DNA of 59,128 nucleotides, counting the filler. It is 4 parts of 4 records of this genome, joined end to end, with 100 filler letters (N's around TTAATTAATTAA, not from the genome) between each part and the next. Parts side by side here need not be neighbours in the genome. Positions count along the whole stretch, not along the records: positions 7,848 to 25,989 come from SRR22947727_1210; 3 more parts are not named here. One strand, 5' to 3'. The translations under genes were made by a program, and so were the position numbers. Below are positions 8,777 to 18,943 of this stretch, piece after piece. The notes under the pieces were generated by a model, which was not told where the DNA came from, made no database searches, and saw only the letters and a list, made by a program, of their open reading frames with translations. How positions within the stretch are numbered: position 1 is the stretch's first letter; each line of letters begins with the position of its first letter.

Positions 8777-10111
8777 ATGACGGCCTTGAGCTCAGGGATA
8801 TTGGAACAGCACTTGAACTGTCCCGAGAAGCAGATGGAGTCACCGTTACGGGGAGACACTATTAGCAGTGATCGATACATTGGTCAGGATTACCTAGCCA
8901 GAGAGTATGCCAATGTGTGGCACAAGATCTGGAATATAGGCGGGGTGGCTTACCAAATGCCAGAGCCTGGCGATTATCTCACCACCGAGTTGGGTATCGA
9001 CTCCGTTATTTTGGTGCGACAAGACAATGGCTCGGTGAGGGCATTTTTAAACTCCTGCCCTCATAGAGGTACCCGTATCACTGAAGCAGAAGACGGCCAC
9101 GCTCAGGGATTTTCGTGTCCTTACCATGGTTGGAAATTCGATTTGTCTGGTGTAGTGACCTCGGTGCCGGATGAGGAGGATTTTGCGGAAAGTCCGTGTG
9201 GTAAAGCGCGCTTGAAGGAGATCCAGTGCGAAGAGCGCTTTGGCTTCATTTGGTATAACTTCGATCCTGACGCCGATAGCTTAGAATCATTTTTGGGTGA
9301 GTCCATCACTCGAGAACTCACGTCGCATCGTATCGAGGACATGTTACGGGTGCTGGATATGACGGCAGAGACCCGCTGTAACTGGAAAATCATCACGGAT
9401 AACTTCAATGAGGCTTACCACGTTAAAGTGCTTCACCCCGAGTTAATCCCCTACATCGCGGCAGATTATCAAGACTGCCAGTTTGATCGCTTTAGCAATG
9501 GGCACAATCGCGGTTGGTTCCCCTCTTTTATGCCCTCTGTGCAGTACGAGAGCGATCAGATTGGCGAGCCGTTGAAGAGTATGGCCGCAGCATGGGACGT
9601 CAACAGCGATGATTATTTAGGGCGTGATACCTGGCAGCAGCTTCGACTGGATATTCAGGCAGCTAAGCGGGTGCAAGGTGAATCTCAGGGCTATTTACAC
9701 TATGCCCACCTTGCTGATTATCAGCTGACGGATTATGTCATCTACAATCTGTTTCCCAATAACGTGATTACCGTGGGTCCTGATGGTGTCCAGTTATTGC
9801 GTCCTCGACCGCACCCGACTGACCCGGCGCAATGCCTGTTTGATCATTGGTGGTTGGTGAATCGCGTCGCCGGTCAAGACACCACACCGTCACCTGCTGG
9901 CGGCCCCGATTTACCGGTTGCGGACGCGATGCACGAGCACGTCCGGTACGGAGAAAAAAGTCTGGGTACGACTGCAGACCAAGATCTCAGTATTGCAGAA
10001 ATGCAGCAAAAGGGGCTCGCCTCTGCCGGTTATCAAGGCTTTTGGATGCCCAACCAAGAGCGCCGCGTTCAGGCTTTTCATGAAACCTTAAACGACCTGA
10101 TGTCGTTGTGA
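8777..10111 (+). CDS. Rieske non-haem iron oxygenase, alpha subunit
   Basis: CPHRG...CPYHGW [2Fe-2S] motif; NWK...DNFNEAYHVKVLH mononuclear iron motif. Confidence 0.93.
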   Translation: MTALSSGILEQHLNCPEKQMESPLRGDTISSDRYIGQDYLAREYANVWHKIWNIGGVAYQMPEPGDYLTTELGIDSVILVRQDNGSVRAFLNSCPHRGTRITEAEDGHAQGFSCPYHGWKFDLSGVVTSVPDEEDFAESPCGKARLKEIQCEERFGFIWYNFDPDADSLESFLGESITRELTSHRIEDMLRVLDMTAETRCNWKIITDNFNEAYHVKVLHPELIPYIAADYQDCQFDRFSNGHNRGWFPSFMPSVQYESDQIGEPLKSMAAAWDVNSDDYLGRDTWQQLRLDIQAAKRVQGESQGYLHYAHLADYQLTDYVIYNLFPNNVITVGPDGVQLLRPRPHPTDPAQCLFDHWWLVNRVAGQDTTPSPAGGPDLPVADAMHEHVRYGEKSLGTTADQDLSIAEMQQKGLASAGYQGFWMPNQERRVQAFHETLNDLMSL

Positions 10112-10172
10112 TGATCGGTTTGCCATCTTGCCGGACGTGGCTGAGTGAGCGACCCATTAATGGTGATGCGGG

Positions 10173-11279
10173 ATGGTAGCGGCGGCGCCTATGCTCGAGT
10201 ACGAGGATCCGTTATGGGTCTCCTGGTCCCGTACCCAAATAGGGCAGCGACTCGCGCAGCATGCACGGGGGATCGATCGCGCTGATGAAGCGTTGCTGAG
10301 GGAGTCGTATCACGCCGACGGAACCGTCGACTACGGCTCACTACAGGGGACGGCGGCAGAGTTTGCCAGTGCGATTGCGGTGATGCATGTCGGGGCACCG
10401 ATGTCATCGCACCGCACCAGTAATATTTGGATAAAAGTGCACGGCGATACTGCAGTGAGCGAGAGCTATGTGATGGCCTGGGTGACCTTGCCTACTGATG
10501 GTGAGCCGCAGCCGCATTTGGTCGGTGGACGTTACCTCGATCGGCATAGCTTTAAAGATGAGGTGTGGCGGATGCAGCATCGGCATTACGTGCTGGACTG
10601 GATTAGACAGTTTCCGCCGTCATTACCCATGCCAATACAGGATGCCTTGTCTCTCAGTCACGGTTGCCCTCGTGGTGGTCATTATTTACAAGATCCCGGT
10701 AATACGCTGTTGATTACTCATGCGAGTCAGAAAAAAAGTCAGTTGGAGGACGATCAAATGAACGAGCGCGATAGGCTTGATCAGGTACTGTCTCATCAAG
10801 CCATTACCGAGCTGGGCTGTCGTTATGCCCGCGGAGTTGACCGCGGTGATGCCGAGATGATTATGAGTGCGTTCCATGACGACGCTGCGATTGTATCGGG
10901 CTTGATTAACGGCTCAGCGCGCGACTTTTCGGAAGAGATCGGGGTGACAATCGACAAGACCTTATCTTGCGTGGCGCACACGGTGACCAATCATTGGATC
11001 GAAGTCGAGGGCGATGTCGCGGTGGGCGAAAGCTATGTCATTGCGTATCAGAACACGGCGGGTGATATCCCCGAGGATGTCATGACGGGTGGGCGCTATG
11101 TCGATCGCTATGAGCGCAGGCAAGGCGTCTGGAAAATTTCCCACAGGACGTTCGTATTGGATTGGACCACCTCCAGTCCGGCAAAGAATTTGATGGACTC
11201 GGGAATGTTCGAAGGAATGACGACGGGATGTCGAAGTCAGGCAGACCCCGTTTACAAACTATGGGCCGATGCGTCCTAG
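10173..11279 (+). CDS. Tandem double SnoaL_4/NTF2-like domain protein
   Basis: Two homologous halves: ARGIDRAD..SYH.D...GGRYLDR..W and ARGVDRGD..AFH.D...GGRYVDR..W. Confidence 0.85.
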   Translation: MVAAAPMLEYEDPLWVSWSRTQIGQRLAQHARGIDRADEALLRESYHADGTVDYGSLQGTAAEFASAIAVMHVGAPMSSHRTSNIWIKVHGDTAVSESYVMAWVTLPTDGEPQPHLVGGRYLDRHSFKDEVWRMQHRHYVLDWIRQFPPSLPMPIQDALSLSHGCPRGGHYLQDPGNTLLITHASQKKSQLEDDQMNERDRLDQVLSHQAITELGCRYARGVDRGDAEMIMSAFHDDAAIVSGLINGSARDFSEEIGVTIDKTLSCVAHTVTNHWIEVEGDVAVGESYVIAYQNTAGDIPEDVMTGGRYVDRYERRQGVWKISHRTFVLDWTTSSPAKNLMDSGMFEGMTTGCRSQADPVYKLWADAS

Positions 11280-11426
11280 AACCGCTTAAGCGAAACATGC
11301 TTGGCTACTGAATAATACCGGCGATTAGCATCTCGTGATGAAAGAGTCGGCCATTAAGTTTTTGGCGATAAAAGTGTTAGCCGTAACGTCCTTGGCTGTC
11401 GAAGGCGCTGGAGGAACAGAGAGGTA

Positions 11427-13349
11427 ATGGTTTTGTTAAAAGAAAGCGTGCTAGTCATCGTCGAGCGCTGTCGTGCGGTACTGTTTTTCTCCTGCTTGTT
11501 AGTGTGCTCTCAGGGGGCGCTCGGAAACGGTGCGGGTGGTAAGGATGGAGCTTACGCGGAGGTCTCTCAGAACCTTGACTCAGCGACAGAAGCAGCGGGT
11601 CGCGCGCTTTACGAGGCGCGCTGTGCGCAATGTCATGACGCTAATGTCGTGCGCGCACCCCAGCGGTATATTCTTCAGTTAAGCACTCCAGAGGCGATCC
11701 TTGGTGCCCTCAATGATGGCTTGATGCAGGAAGTGGCCAGTGACTTATCGTTACCGCAAAAAACAGCCATCGCCGAATTTCTCACCAAGCGAAAAATGAG
11801 TGGCGATGACGTGAGATCAGCGGGTGTAGCCTGTTCGGCGTCGGCTGCTAACTTTGATCGTGCAGCAGCCCCAGCGTTTTCTCATTGGGGCTTTGATCAG
11901 AGCGGTACTCACTACATCGGGCCCAGCACCGCGTCGGTCACAAAAGCGGCGTTACCCGCAGTAGAAGTGGACTGGGCATTTGCTTTTCCCTCCGCTGTGC
12001 GCGCGCGTTCTCAGCCTGCAGTTGCGGGTGGATCGATTTTTGTCGGCAGCCAGAGTGGACTGGTCTACGCCTTTGATTTGGAGACAGGCTGCACGCGCTG
12101 GCAATTTATGGCCTCGGCAGAGGTGCGCAATGCGATGATCGTTGCGCCCTGGGACCCTGTCGACGAGGAGGCTGACCCGCTACTGTATTTTGGTGACGTC
12201 AGTGGTAACCAATATGCCATATCGGCTATTACCGGCGAGCTGAGATGGCGCAAGCGGATGGATGATCACGGCGTGGCAACGTTGACGGCGGCGTCCACCC
12301 TGATCGACGAGGTACTGTACGTCCCGATCTCATCGTTGGAAGAGGGTGCGGCAATCAGTGCCGATTATCCCTGTTGCACTTTTCGAGGCGCGGTTGCTGC
12401 CCTAGATGCGGGCACCGGTGAGGAGCGTTGGCGTCGATACTTTATTCCACCTGCAAAAGAGCAGGCCACCAATGACGCTGGTAAAACACTTTATGGCCCG
12501 TCTGGTGTGCCGGTGTGGGCAGGTATGTCGGTGGACGATGATTTATTGTTTGTGGCGACGGGAGATGATTATACGGGCGAGGGATCCGGGGCGAGTGACT
12601 CGGTCATTGCACTGAATCGGCACAACGGCGAGGTTGTCTGGGTCGCGCAGGCGCGCGCAGGCGATGTCTGGAATGCCTCTTGCGAGTATGCAGGCAAGAT
12701 TAATTGTCCTGACGACAATGGCCCAGACTGGGATTATGGAGCCGGTCCCGTTGTGGCAGTTGGCAAATCCGGGCGCAAGATGTTGCTAGCCGGTGACAAA
12801 GGCGGGCTTGTTGTGGGCTTAGATCCGTTGAGCGGAAAAGTCCGGTGGCGCAACAAAGTGGGTAGAGGCGGTGTCGTGGCAGGGATTAACTTTGGTCTGG
12901 CGGCTCATGCGGGAAAAGTTTTTGTGCCGATCAGCGACGTACCGGATGGGCGGACTTACGATGAGCCGGCCAAGCCCGGTTTATATGCCTTGGATATTGA
13001 TACAGGCGAGTTTCTTTGGAAGGCGCCAGCAGAGGATGTCTGTAATGGGCGTGCTGGCTGTTTCCCCGGTTATTCTGCGGCCATCACAGTGCTAGATGAC
13101 TATGTGTTGGCGGGATCTAATGATGGTTATCTGCGAGCGTTCGACTCAGCGACTGGAGTCATTGTATGGGAATACGATACCACTCAGTCGGTCGACGCCG
13201 TGGGTAACCGGACCGCGCGAGGGGGCTCTATAGGCGGTGGGCAGGCGCCCATCGTAATCGGAGACCGCATTATCCTGAACTCGGGCTACGCCTTCTCTGG
13301 CAAGATGCCAGGCAACGCACTACTGGTGTTAAAAGCGCTTAGCGAATAA
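11427..13349 (+). CDS. Quinohaemoprotein (PQQ plus haem c) dehydrogenase, polyvinyl-alcohol-dehydrogenase-like
   Basis: Signal peptide, N-terminal CAQCH haem motif, beta-propeller W-motifs, vicinal PCCTFRG, DWDYG, SGY near the C-terminus. Confidence 0.85.
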   Translation: MVLLKESVLVIVERCRAVLFFSCLLVCSQGALGNGAGGKDGAYAEVSQNLDSATEAAGRALYEARCAQCHDANVVRAPQRYILQLSTPEAILGALNDGLMQEVASDLSLPQKTAIAEFLTKRKMSGDDVRSAGVACSASAANFDRAAAPAFSHWGFDQSGTHYIGPSTASVTKAALPAVEVDWAFAFPSAVRARSQPAVAGGSIFVGSQSGLVYAFDLETGCTRWQFMASAEVRNAMIVAPWDPVDEEADPLLYFGDVSGNQYAISAITGELRWRKRMDDHGVATLTAASTLIDEVLYVPISSLEEGAAISADYPCCTFRGAVAALDAGTGEERWRRYFIPPAKEQATNDAGKTLYGPSGVPVWAGMSVDDDLLFVATGDDYTGEGSGASDSVIALNRHNGEVVWVAQARAGDVWNASCEYAGKINCPDDNGPDWDYGAGPVVAVGKSGRKMLLAGDKGGLVVGLDPLSGKVRWRNKVGRGGVVAGINFGLAAHAGKVFVPISDVPDGRTYDEPAKPGLYALDIDTGEFLWKAPAEDVCNGRAGCFPGYSAAITVLDDYVLAGSNDGYLRAFDSATGVIVWEYDTTQSVDAVGNRTARGGSIGGGQAPIVIGDRIILNSGYAFSGKMPGNALLVLKALSE

Positions 13350-13362
13350 TGCCTTGGGCGCG

Positions 13363-14709
13363 CTATGAGGGGTGATCAGTGAAGTAGGTCTCGGCAGCGC
13401 GTAAAACGCGGGGCGCCAAAATAATGGCGCTGACCATGGTGGGGATCGCCATGATGCCATAGCTGGCGGAGATCAAATTAAAGACCACGTCGATGCTCAC
13501 GGTGGCTCCAAATACAACAGCGGAAACAAAAAACCATCGGAAGTAGGGTTGCCATTCAGCACCGACTAAAAATCCAAAGCATTTTGCCCCAAAATACCAT
13601 CCGGCAAACATGGTGGTGGTGCTGAGGATCAGTGCCACGAAACCCAGTGAGATCAGCCCCACGTTGCCCATCTCTGAGCGAAAGGCATCAGCGGTCAAGG
13701 TGATGCCTGACATGTCTCCCGGAGACTGCCAGTTACCGGCTAGAAGAATGACGAGCGCTGTGCAGGTGCAGACGACCAAGGTATCAAAGACCGGGCCCAA
13801 CGTTGCCAGCATGCCCTCTCGAATGGGTTCATCTGTTTTCGCTGCGCTGTGTGCCATGACCTCGGTACCGACGCCGGCTTCGTTTGAAAACGCACCGCGA
13901 CTAATGCCGATGAGCATCACGCCGAGAAACCCGCCCCCGACAGCGGTTGGGGATAACGCTTCAGTGAAAATCATGGCGAGCACACGAGGAATGTCAGACA
14001 GGTGATTGGCGAGCACCCACATTGTCATGGCTAGATAGACGAGGACCATAGTGGGTAGCAGTGCCACCGCCACTTTGGCGACTCTGGGGAGTCCACCGAA
14101 AATGACTGATCCCACGACGGTCGCTATGACAACACCAATCGCGAGTGGCGCCCACTCCGGCGCCTCACCCGCCAGGACGGTGTCTTGGATAAGGGCCGTC
14201 AGTTGGTTGGCTTGGAAGATGGGTAAGGTGCCGATGAGACCCGCTAACGAAAATAAGATGGCCAGTGGGTAATAGGGTCGAGGGAGCGCTTCTCGGATAA
14301 CGTACATGGGGCCGCCCTGAAGGTTGCCAAGAGAGTCTTTGCCTCGATACATGACGCCGAGCGAGCAGGTGAAAAATTTAGTGGCGATACCCACGATCGC
14401 AGACATCCACATCCAAAATACGGCGCCGGGCCCGCCGGCGACAATAGCCAGCGCGACCCCCGCGATATTGCCCAGCCCCATCGTATTGGATAGCGCAGCC
14501 GCTAGCGCTTGCTGATGAGAGATCTCACCGTTGGCATCCGGCGTGTCGTATCGGCCCCTTAATATGGCAATGGCATGACCCATATAGCGGTAAGGCAGTG
14601 CACGTGACGCGATGACAAAAAAGCAGCCGCCACCTAAAAGCAATGCAACCAGTGGCGGACCCCACACGGTGTCAGCCAGTTGTTGCGAAAAGCTTTCTAG
14701 GGCGCTCAT
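13363..14709 (-). CDS. Alanine/glycine:cation symporter (AGCS) family
   Basis: GLGNIAGVALAI..GGPGAVFWMW, GGPMY, FSNEAGVG, DTLVVCTCT. Confidence 0.92.
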   Translation of the reverse strand: MSALESFSQQLADTVWGPPLVALLLGGGCFFVIASRALPYRYMGHAIAILRGRYDTPDANGEISHQQALAAALSNTMGLGNIAGVALAIVAGGPGAVFWMWMSAIVGIATKFFTCSLGVMYRGKDSLGNLQGGPMYVIREALPRPYYPLAILFSLAGLIGTLPIFQANQLTALIQDTVLAGEAPEWAPLAIGVVIATVVGSVIFGGLPRVAKVAVALLPTMVLVYLAMTMWVLANHLSDIPRVLAMIFTEALSPTAVGGGFLGVMLIGISRGAFSNEAGVGTEVMAHSAAKTDEPIREGMLATLGPVFDTLVVCTCTALVILLAGNWQSPGDMSGITLTADAFRSEMGNVGLISLGFVALILSTTTMFAGWYFGAKCFGFLVGAEWQPYFRWFFVSAVVFGATVSIDVVFNLISASYGIMAIPTMVSAIILAPRVLRAAETYFTDHPS

Positions 14710-14897
14710 GGTGTTCTCGTGGTCGCAGCGAGGTGCGAGTATGGCACAGCCTTTGAGCACTGAACGCGCGGGCAGTTTCTGAGGGGTTCATGAGAGGGCA
14801 ATACGCCTTTTGAGGTGATTCCCGATATTCCCATCTTCTCGTTAGCTGGCACCTGTGAACATTATTCGGGCTGTCCAGTTCAGTGGCTTTGCGGTCA

Positions 14898-14929
14898 AGG
14901 TACCCAGGTACCCAGGTACCCAGGTACCA
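14898..14929. repeat. 8-bp tandem repeat x4 with palindromic GGTACC core
   Basis: AGGTACCC x3 plus AGGTACCA in the divergent AGCS/TauD intergenic region. Confidence 0.9.
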
Positions 14930-15142
14930 AGGGCTAAGAGGCTGGCGTAAAAGATGAGATCGCGGTATAAAAATCATGGGGCCTAGTGATCAGGTTTTGG
15001 CTCGCTTAGCCTCGCAGAAGCAGACGCAGACGGGGATCTACCGCGATTGACCCCGGCTGGCTCAGAGATTGACTGCCCAGCACTGGCGTAGGCAGGGGCC
15101 GTCACGGGCAGAGCGCTCTATGACAGACAAAAAGGGATTGCG

Positions 15143-15967
15143 ATGGAATTTGAAGCGCTCACTGGAGCTCTGGGGGCCGAGGTCTCAGGTCTCAACTTAG
15201 GTGAAACATTGGCTCAAACAGACGTGGATTGTTTGCACCAAGGTTTGACGCAATATCAGGTCTTATTTTTACGTGATCAACCGCTCACGCCTGAGTCACA
15301 CTTAGCGCTGGCTGCTGCGCTGGGCGATGTTGACCCCGGACACCCGGTTTATCCGCATGTCGAGGGCTTTCAGAGTATTGTCGAACTGATTGCCGACGCT
15401 GACAACGTGCCTGATACAGAGGATTGGCATAAAGACCTGACGTTCAGACCCCACCCGCCGTTTGCCAGTATTTTGCGCGCTGTACAGGTGCCGAGCCATG
15501 GCGGTGACACGCTCTGGGCCAACATGGGTGCGGTCTACGAGAGTTTGTCTGCTGGGTGGAAATCTGATTTACAGGCACTGCAGGCAATTCATGATATGGG
15601 CACCTTCCGCAATGATTACTTTCAGCGGGGTGGTACCAAGGCAATCGATAAGGCACTAGCAGAGGTTGGCTCTGCCGTGCACAACGTGGTGGCGACGCAT
15701 CCGATATCGGGACTTCAATATCTCAATATCAATCAATCTTTTACCCGACATATCTTAAATATGAATCAGGGCGATAGCGACGAGCTATTGCAATTTTTGT
15801 TCCAGCAGGTGCGTAAGCCAGAGTTCCAAGTTCGGTTGCGATGGCGGAACGATACGGTGGCTATCTGGGATAACCGGATTACCCAGCATTATGCCGTCTG
15901 CGATTACTTACCGAATCGACGTCATATGCAAAGGGTGACGGTGAATAATGATAAGCGCGAACGCTAG
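15143..15967 (+). CDS. TauD/TfdA family 2-oxoglutarate-dependent dioxygenase
   Basis: WHKD (HxD), GGDTLW, WDNRITQHYA..DY...R.MQR. Confidence 0.92.
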   Translation: MEFEALTGALGAEVSGLNLGETLAQTDVDCLHQGLTQYQVLFLRDQPLTPESHLALAAALGDVDPGHPVYPHVEGFQSIVELIADADNVPDTEDWHKDLTFRPHPPFASILRAVQVPSHGGDTLWANMGAVYESLSAGWKSDLQALQAIHDMGTFRNDYFQRGGTKAIDKALAEVGSAVHNVVATHPISGLQYLNINQSFTRHILNMNQGDSDELLQFLFQQVRKPEFQVRLRWRNDTVAIWDNRITQHYAVCDYLPNRRHMQRVTVNNDKRER

Positions 15968-16091
15968 TGAGGTGTTTTGTTGGCGACGTTGAGAGTCACA
16001 GGGCGATAGATCAAGTCACTTCGGTTTTTTCGCCAACTGACTGAGCGCTTCATGTTAGTTTGGTCGCAACGACGACTAAAGCGGTGACAGA

Positions 16092-17408
16092 GTGAGCGAA
16101 GCACAGACGCGCGAAAAAGCAACCAACATGCGTAAAGTCGCCCTGACTTCCTTGGCAGGAACCAGTATTGAATGGTACGACTTCTTTTTATACGGCACGG
16201 CGGCTGCCATTATTTTCCCCATTGCTTTTTTCCCGCAAGACCTGCCGCCCATGGTGTTGTTAATTATTTCATTCAGTACTTTTGCGGTCGGCTTTATTGC
16301 GCGGCCCTTGGGTGGCATTGTATTTGGCCATTTTGGTGACCGCGTGGGGCGTAAGCGAACGCTTGTCGTCGCGCTCATGATGATGGGCGTCGCCACGACG
16401 CTTATCGGCCTATTGCCCACCTATGATTCGATTGGTTTAGCCGCGCCATTGTGCCTCGTCTTATTGCGATTTATTCAGGGATTGGCGGTAGGAGGGCAAT
16501 GGGGCGGAGCAATGCTGCTGGTGACTGAAAGTGCGCCGGCAGATCAGCGCGGTTGGTATGGCGCTTATGCGCAAGCGGGTGCACCGATGGGTGTGATTCT
16601 GGCAAACCTTGCTTTTATTTCCGTGAGTGCTTCGATGAGTGATGAGGCGTTTTTAGCATGGGGCTGGCGACTGCCTTTTATTGCCAGTATTTTATTAATT
16701 GCCATCTCGCTCTTTATTCAGCTTCGCGTGGAAGATACCGAGGCGTTTAAAGCGCTTCAGGCGGAGCAGGCAGCAAGCCCACAGCAGGCAGTGGCAGCGC
16801 GCTCACCCGTATTGGAGGCATTGCGGCGATACCCCCGTCGGATCTTTCTGGCCGCGGGAGCGTTCTTGTCGGTGCAGGTGACCTTTTATATTTTGATTGC
16901 TTTCGTCATTGCGTATGGTTTGAATTCGCCGACCGTTGATTTAACCCGCGATGAACTGTTGGTTTCCGTTCTGGTGGCGGCGGCGATTATGATGCCCGCT
17001 CAGTTTTATTTTTCGGGATTATCGGATCGAGTAGGCCGAAAGCAGATTTACCGATGGGGCGCGATTCTCACCGGTATTTGGGGCTTTGCTATCTTCCCGC
17101 TGGTCGATACAGGCATCCCAATTTTGATCACGCTGGCGGTCACCATGGGCATGGTATTACTCGGCATGCAGTACGGCCCGCAGGCCGCCTATTTCACCGA
17201 GCTGTTTGCCACCGAGGTGCGCTATTCCGGGGCTTCTTTGGGCTACCAAATTGGCGCCATTCTGGGCGGGGCGCTCGCGCCCACCATCGCCGTGCTCCTT
17301 TGGCAGGAGCTGGGCATCATCTATGTGTCGGTTTACATATTAGTGGCGGCGTTATTGACACTGTGGTCACTGTCTCAGCTCGAAGAGACCGGCGGTAAGG
17401 CGCTGTGA
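16092..17408 (+). CDS. MFS transporter, metabolite:H+ symporter (MHS) family
   Basis: GTSIEWYDFFLYG, FGHFGDRVGRK, WGWRLPF, ELF..EVRYSG. Confidence 0.93.
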   Translation: MSEAQTREKATNMRKVALTSLAGTSIEWYDFFLYGTAAAIIFPIAFFPQDLPPMVLLIISFSTFAVGFIARPLGGIVFGHFGDRVGRKRTLVVALMMMGVATTLIGLLPTYDSIGLAAPLCLVLLRFIQGLAVGGQWGGAMLLVTESAPADQRGWYGAYAQAGAPMGVILANLAFISVSASMSDEAFLAWGWRLPFIASILLIAISLFIQLRVEDTEAFKALQAEQAASPQQAVAARSPVLEALRRYPRRIFLAAGAFLSVQVTFYILIAFVIAYGLNSPTVDLTRDELLVSVLVAAAIMMPAQFYFSGLSDRVGRKQIYRWGAILTGIWGFAIFPLVDTGIPILITLAVTMGMVLLGMQYGPQAAYFTELFATEVRYSGASLGYQIGAILGGALAPTIAVLLWQELGIIYVSVYILVAALLTLWSLSQLEETGGKAL

Positions 17409-17434
17409 TGGGCTATAGAGCTGCATCGTCTGCG

Positions 17435-17872
17435 CTAGCGGCTATTCATCAGGCCTAGTTGTTGTAGTCGAGGAATTTCGATAGCGGGACATCGATCGAC
17501 GACCAGTTTTATTCCCGCCTTGACGGCTGCTGTCTCAGCATCCACATGGGTCACGCCCAGCTGAGTCCACAAGGCGGGTATTTGTAGGCTGATGATTTCG
17601 GTGGTGATGTCAGGTAAGAAGCGACTGTCTCGAAATACATCGACCATATCTATTTGCCCTGTGAGGTGTGCCAGCGACTCAAGGACCGGCCTGCCCCGCA
17701 ATTGCTGACCAGCCAGTTGGGGATTGACGGGAATGGCATCGTAGCCTGCGTCCAGCAAAAAACAAAAAACACGATGGCTCGGCCGGTCAGGGTTGGCACT
17801 GACGCCTAGAACCGCAATGCGATGAACCGGGTTGAGCAACGTTGCAATATCCTGATCAGACTCGAGTCGCAT
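17435..17872 (-). CDS. CoA-binding protein (YccU-like)
   Basis: IAVLGVSANPDRPS, PVNP, DMVDVFR, WTQLGV, DRCPAIE. Confidence 0.9.
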   Translation of the reverse strand: MRLESDQDIATLLNPVHRIAVLGVSANPDRPSHRVFCFLLDAGYDAIPVNPQLAGQQLRGRPVLESLAHLTGQIDMVDVFRDSRFLPDITTEIISLQIPALWTQLGVTHVDAETAAVKAGIKLVVDRCPAIEIPRLQQLGLMNSR

Positions 17873-17876
17873 TGAA

Positions 17877-18674
17877 TCAATCACGCCATTCGGGGGGGCG
17901 TTTTTCGAAAAATGCTGCGGCGCCTTCCTCCGCATCTCCCGATGCGGTGAGGTTCTGTAACATCACCTCGTTCGCCAGCACAAAGGCGTCATCGAGCGGC
18001 ATCTCAACTTGACGATAAAAAGTCGATTTGCCGCGCGCAATACTGTCCGCAGAGCGTGTCGCGATCGACAGCGCGAGTTGTCGTGTGGCGGGGGTGAGAT
18101 TCTCTGCGCGCTCAACGCGATTGATCAGACCAAACCGTTCAGCTGTCGTGGCACTAAATTGATCGCCGGTCAGCGCCATTTCCAGTGCGTGTTTGCGGGA
18201 TAGATTGCGTCCAATACCCACTAATGGCGTGGTGCAAAAGGTGCCGATATTGACGCCAGGCGTGCAGAAAGTAGCGGTATCCGCTGCCAGTGCTAAGTCA
18301 CAGGCGGACACCAACTGGCAGCCTGCTGCGCTGGCAATACCTTGGACGCTCGCAATAACAGGCTTGGGCGCATGAACGATGCCGCTCATCATATCAGCGC
18401 ACGCGGTGAGCAACGCCTTAATCCGCTGCTGCCAGTTATCGAATGGTTCGTCGGCTCGCTGTCTTGTTTCAGCTAGGTCATGGCCTGCGCTGAACGCGAC
18501 ACCGGTACTATTAATCAGGATGACGCGCGTTGCATTATCTTCATAGCCAGCTTGAAGCGCTTCCGATAACGCTGCAATCATGTCGCTAGAAAGCGGGTTG
18601 CGTTTATCTGGACGGTTCAAGGTTAACCAGAGGAGCTGTTCTTCTTGGGTTGTGGTGACAAACGCTTCACTCAT
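17877..18674 (-). CDS. Enoyl-CoA hydratase/isomerase (ECHDC3-like)
   Basis: LNRPDKRNPLS, FSAGHDL, AAGCQLVSACDLA, PGVNIGTFCTTP. Confidence 0.92.
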   Translation of the reverse strand: MSEAFVTTTQEEQLLWLTLNRPDKRNPLSSDMIAALSEALQAGYEDNATRVILINSTGVAFSAGHDLAETRQRADEPFDNWQQRIKALLTACADMMSGIVHAPKPVIASVQGIASAAGCQLVSACDLALAADTATFCTPGVNIGTFCTTPLVGIGRNLSRKHALEMALTGDQFSATTAERFGLINRVERAENLTPATRQLALSIATRSADSIARGKSTFYRQVEMPLDDAFVLANEVMLQNLTASGDAEEGAAAFFEKRPPEWRD

Positions 18675-18943
18675 GTCTGATGTCTCAATTTAGGCCAAGG
18701 CAATAGGTGCCTAGGTAATAGATAGTGTTTGGGTGTCGCTGCGTCATATATTACTTTACTACAAGCTGTAATGGCGGCGTATTGAGTGGAGCGCCGAGGG
18801 CAAAATAGCGGCGGCGCGTTGAGTGGCATCCCCTTTTTATACTGTGCCGGCCATTCTTGATAAAAAGTGGCGCTTACCGCATTCTCACGGTGAGTTTCAA
18901 AGAAGCGTTGCATAGACGAAAGGTCTCGATTGGAGGTCGTTTT

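Noticed and set aside
14710..14897. Glycine or cobalamin riboswitch upstream of the AGCS transporter
   Set aside because: Core glycine-riboswitch motifs (GGAGA, CCGAAG, CTCAGG) are not found in order, and cobalamin-like fragments are incomplete; an Rfam scan would settle it
14898..14929. CRISPR array
   Set aside because: 8-bp units with no spacers; no repeat-spacer arrays or cas genes were seen anywhere in the window
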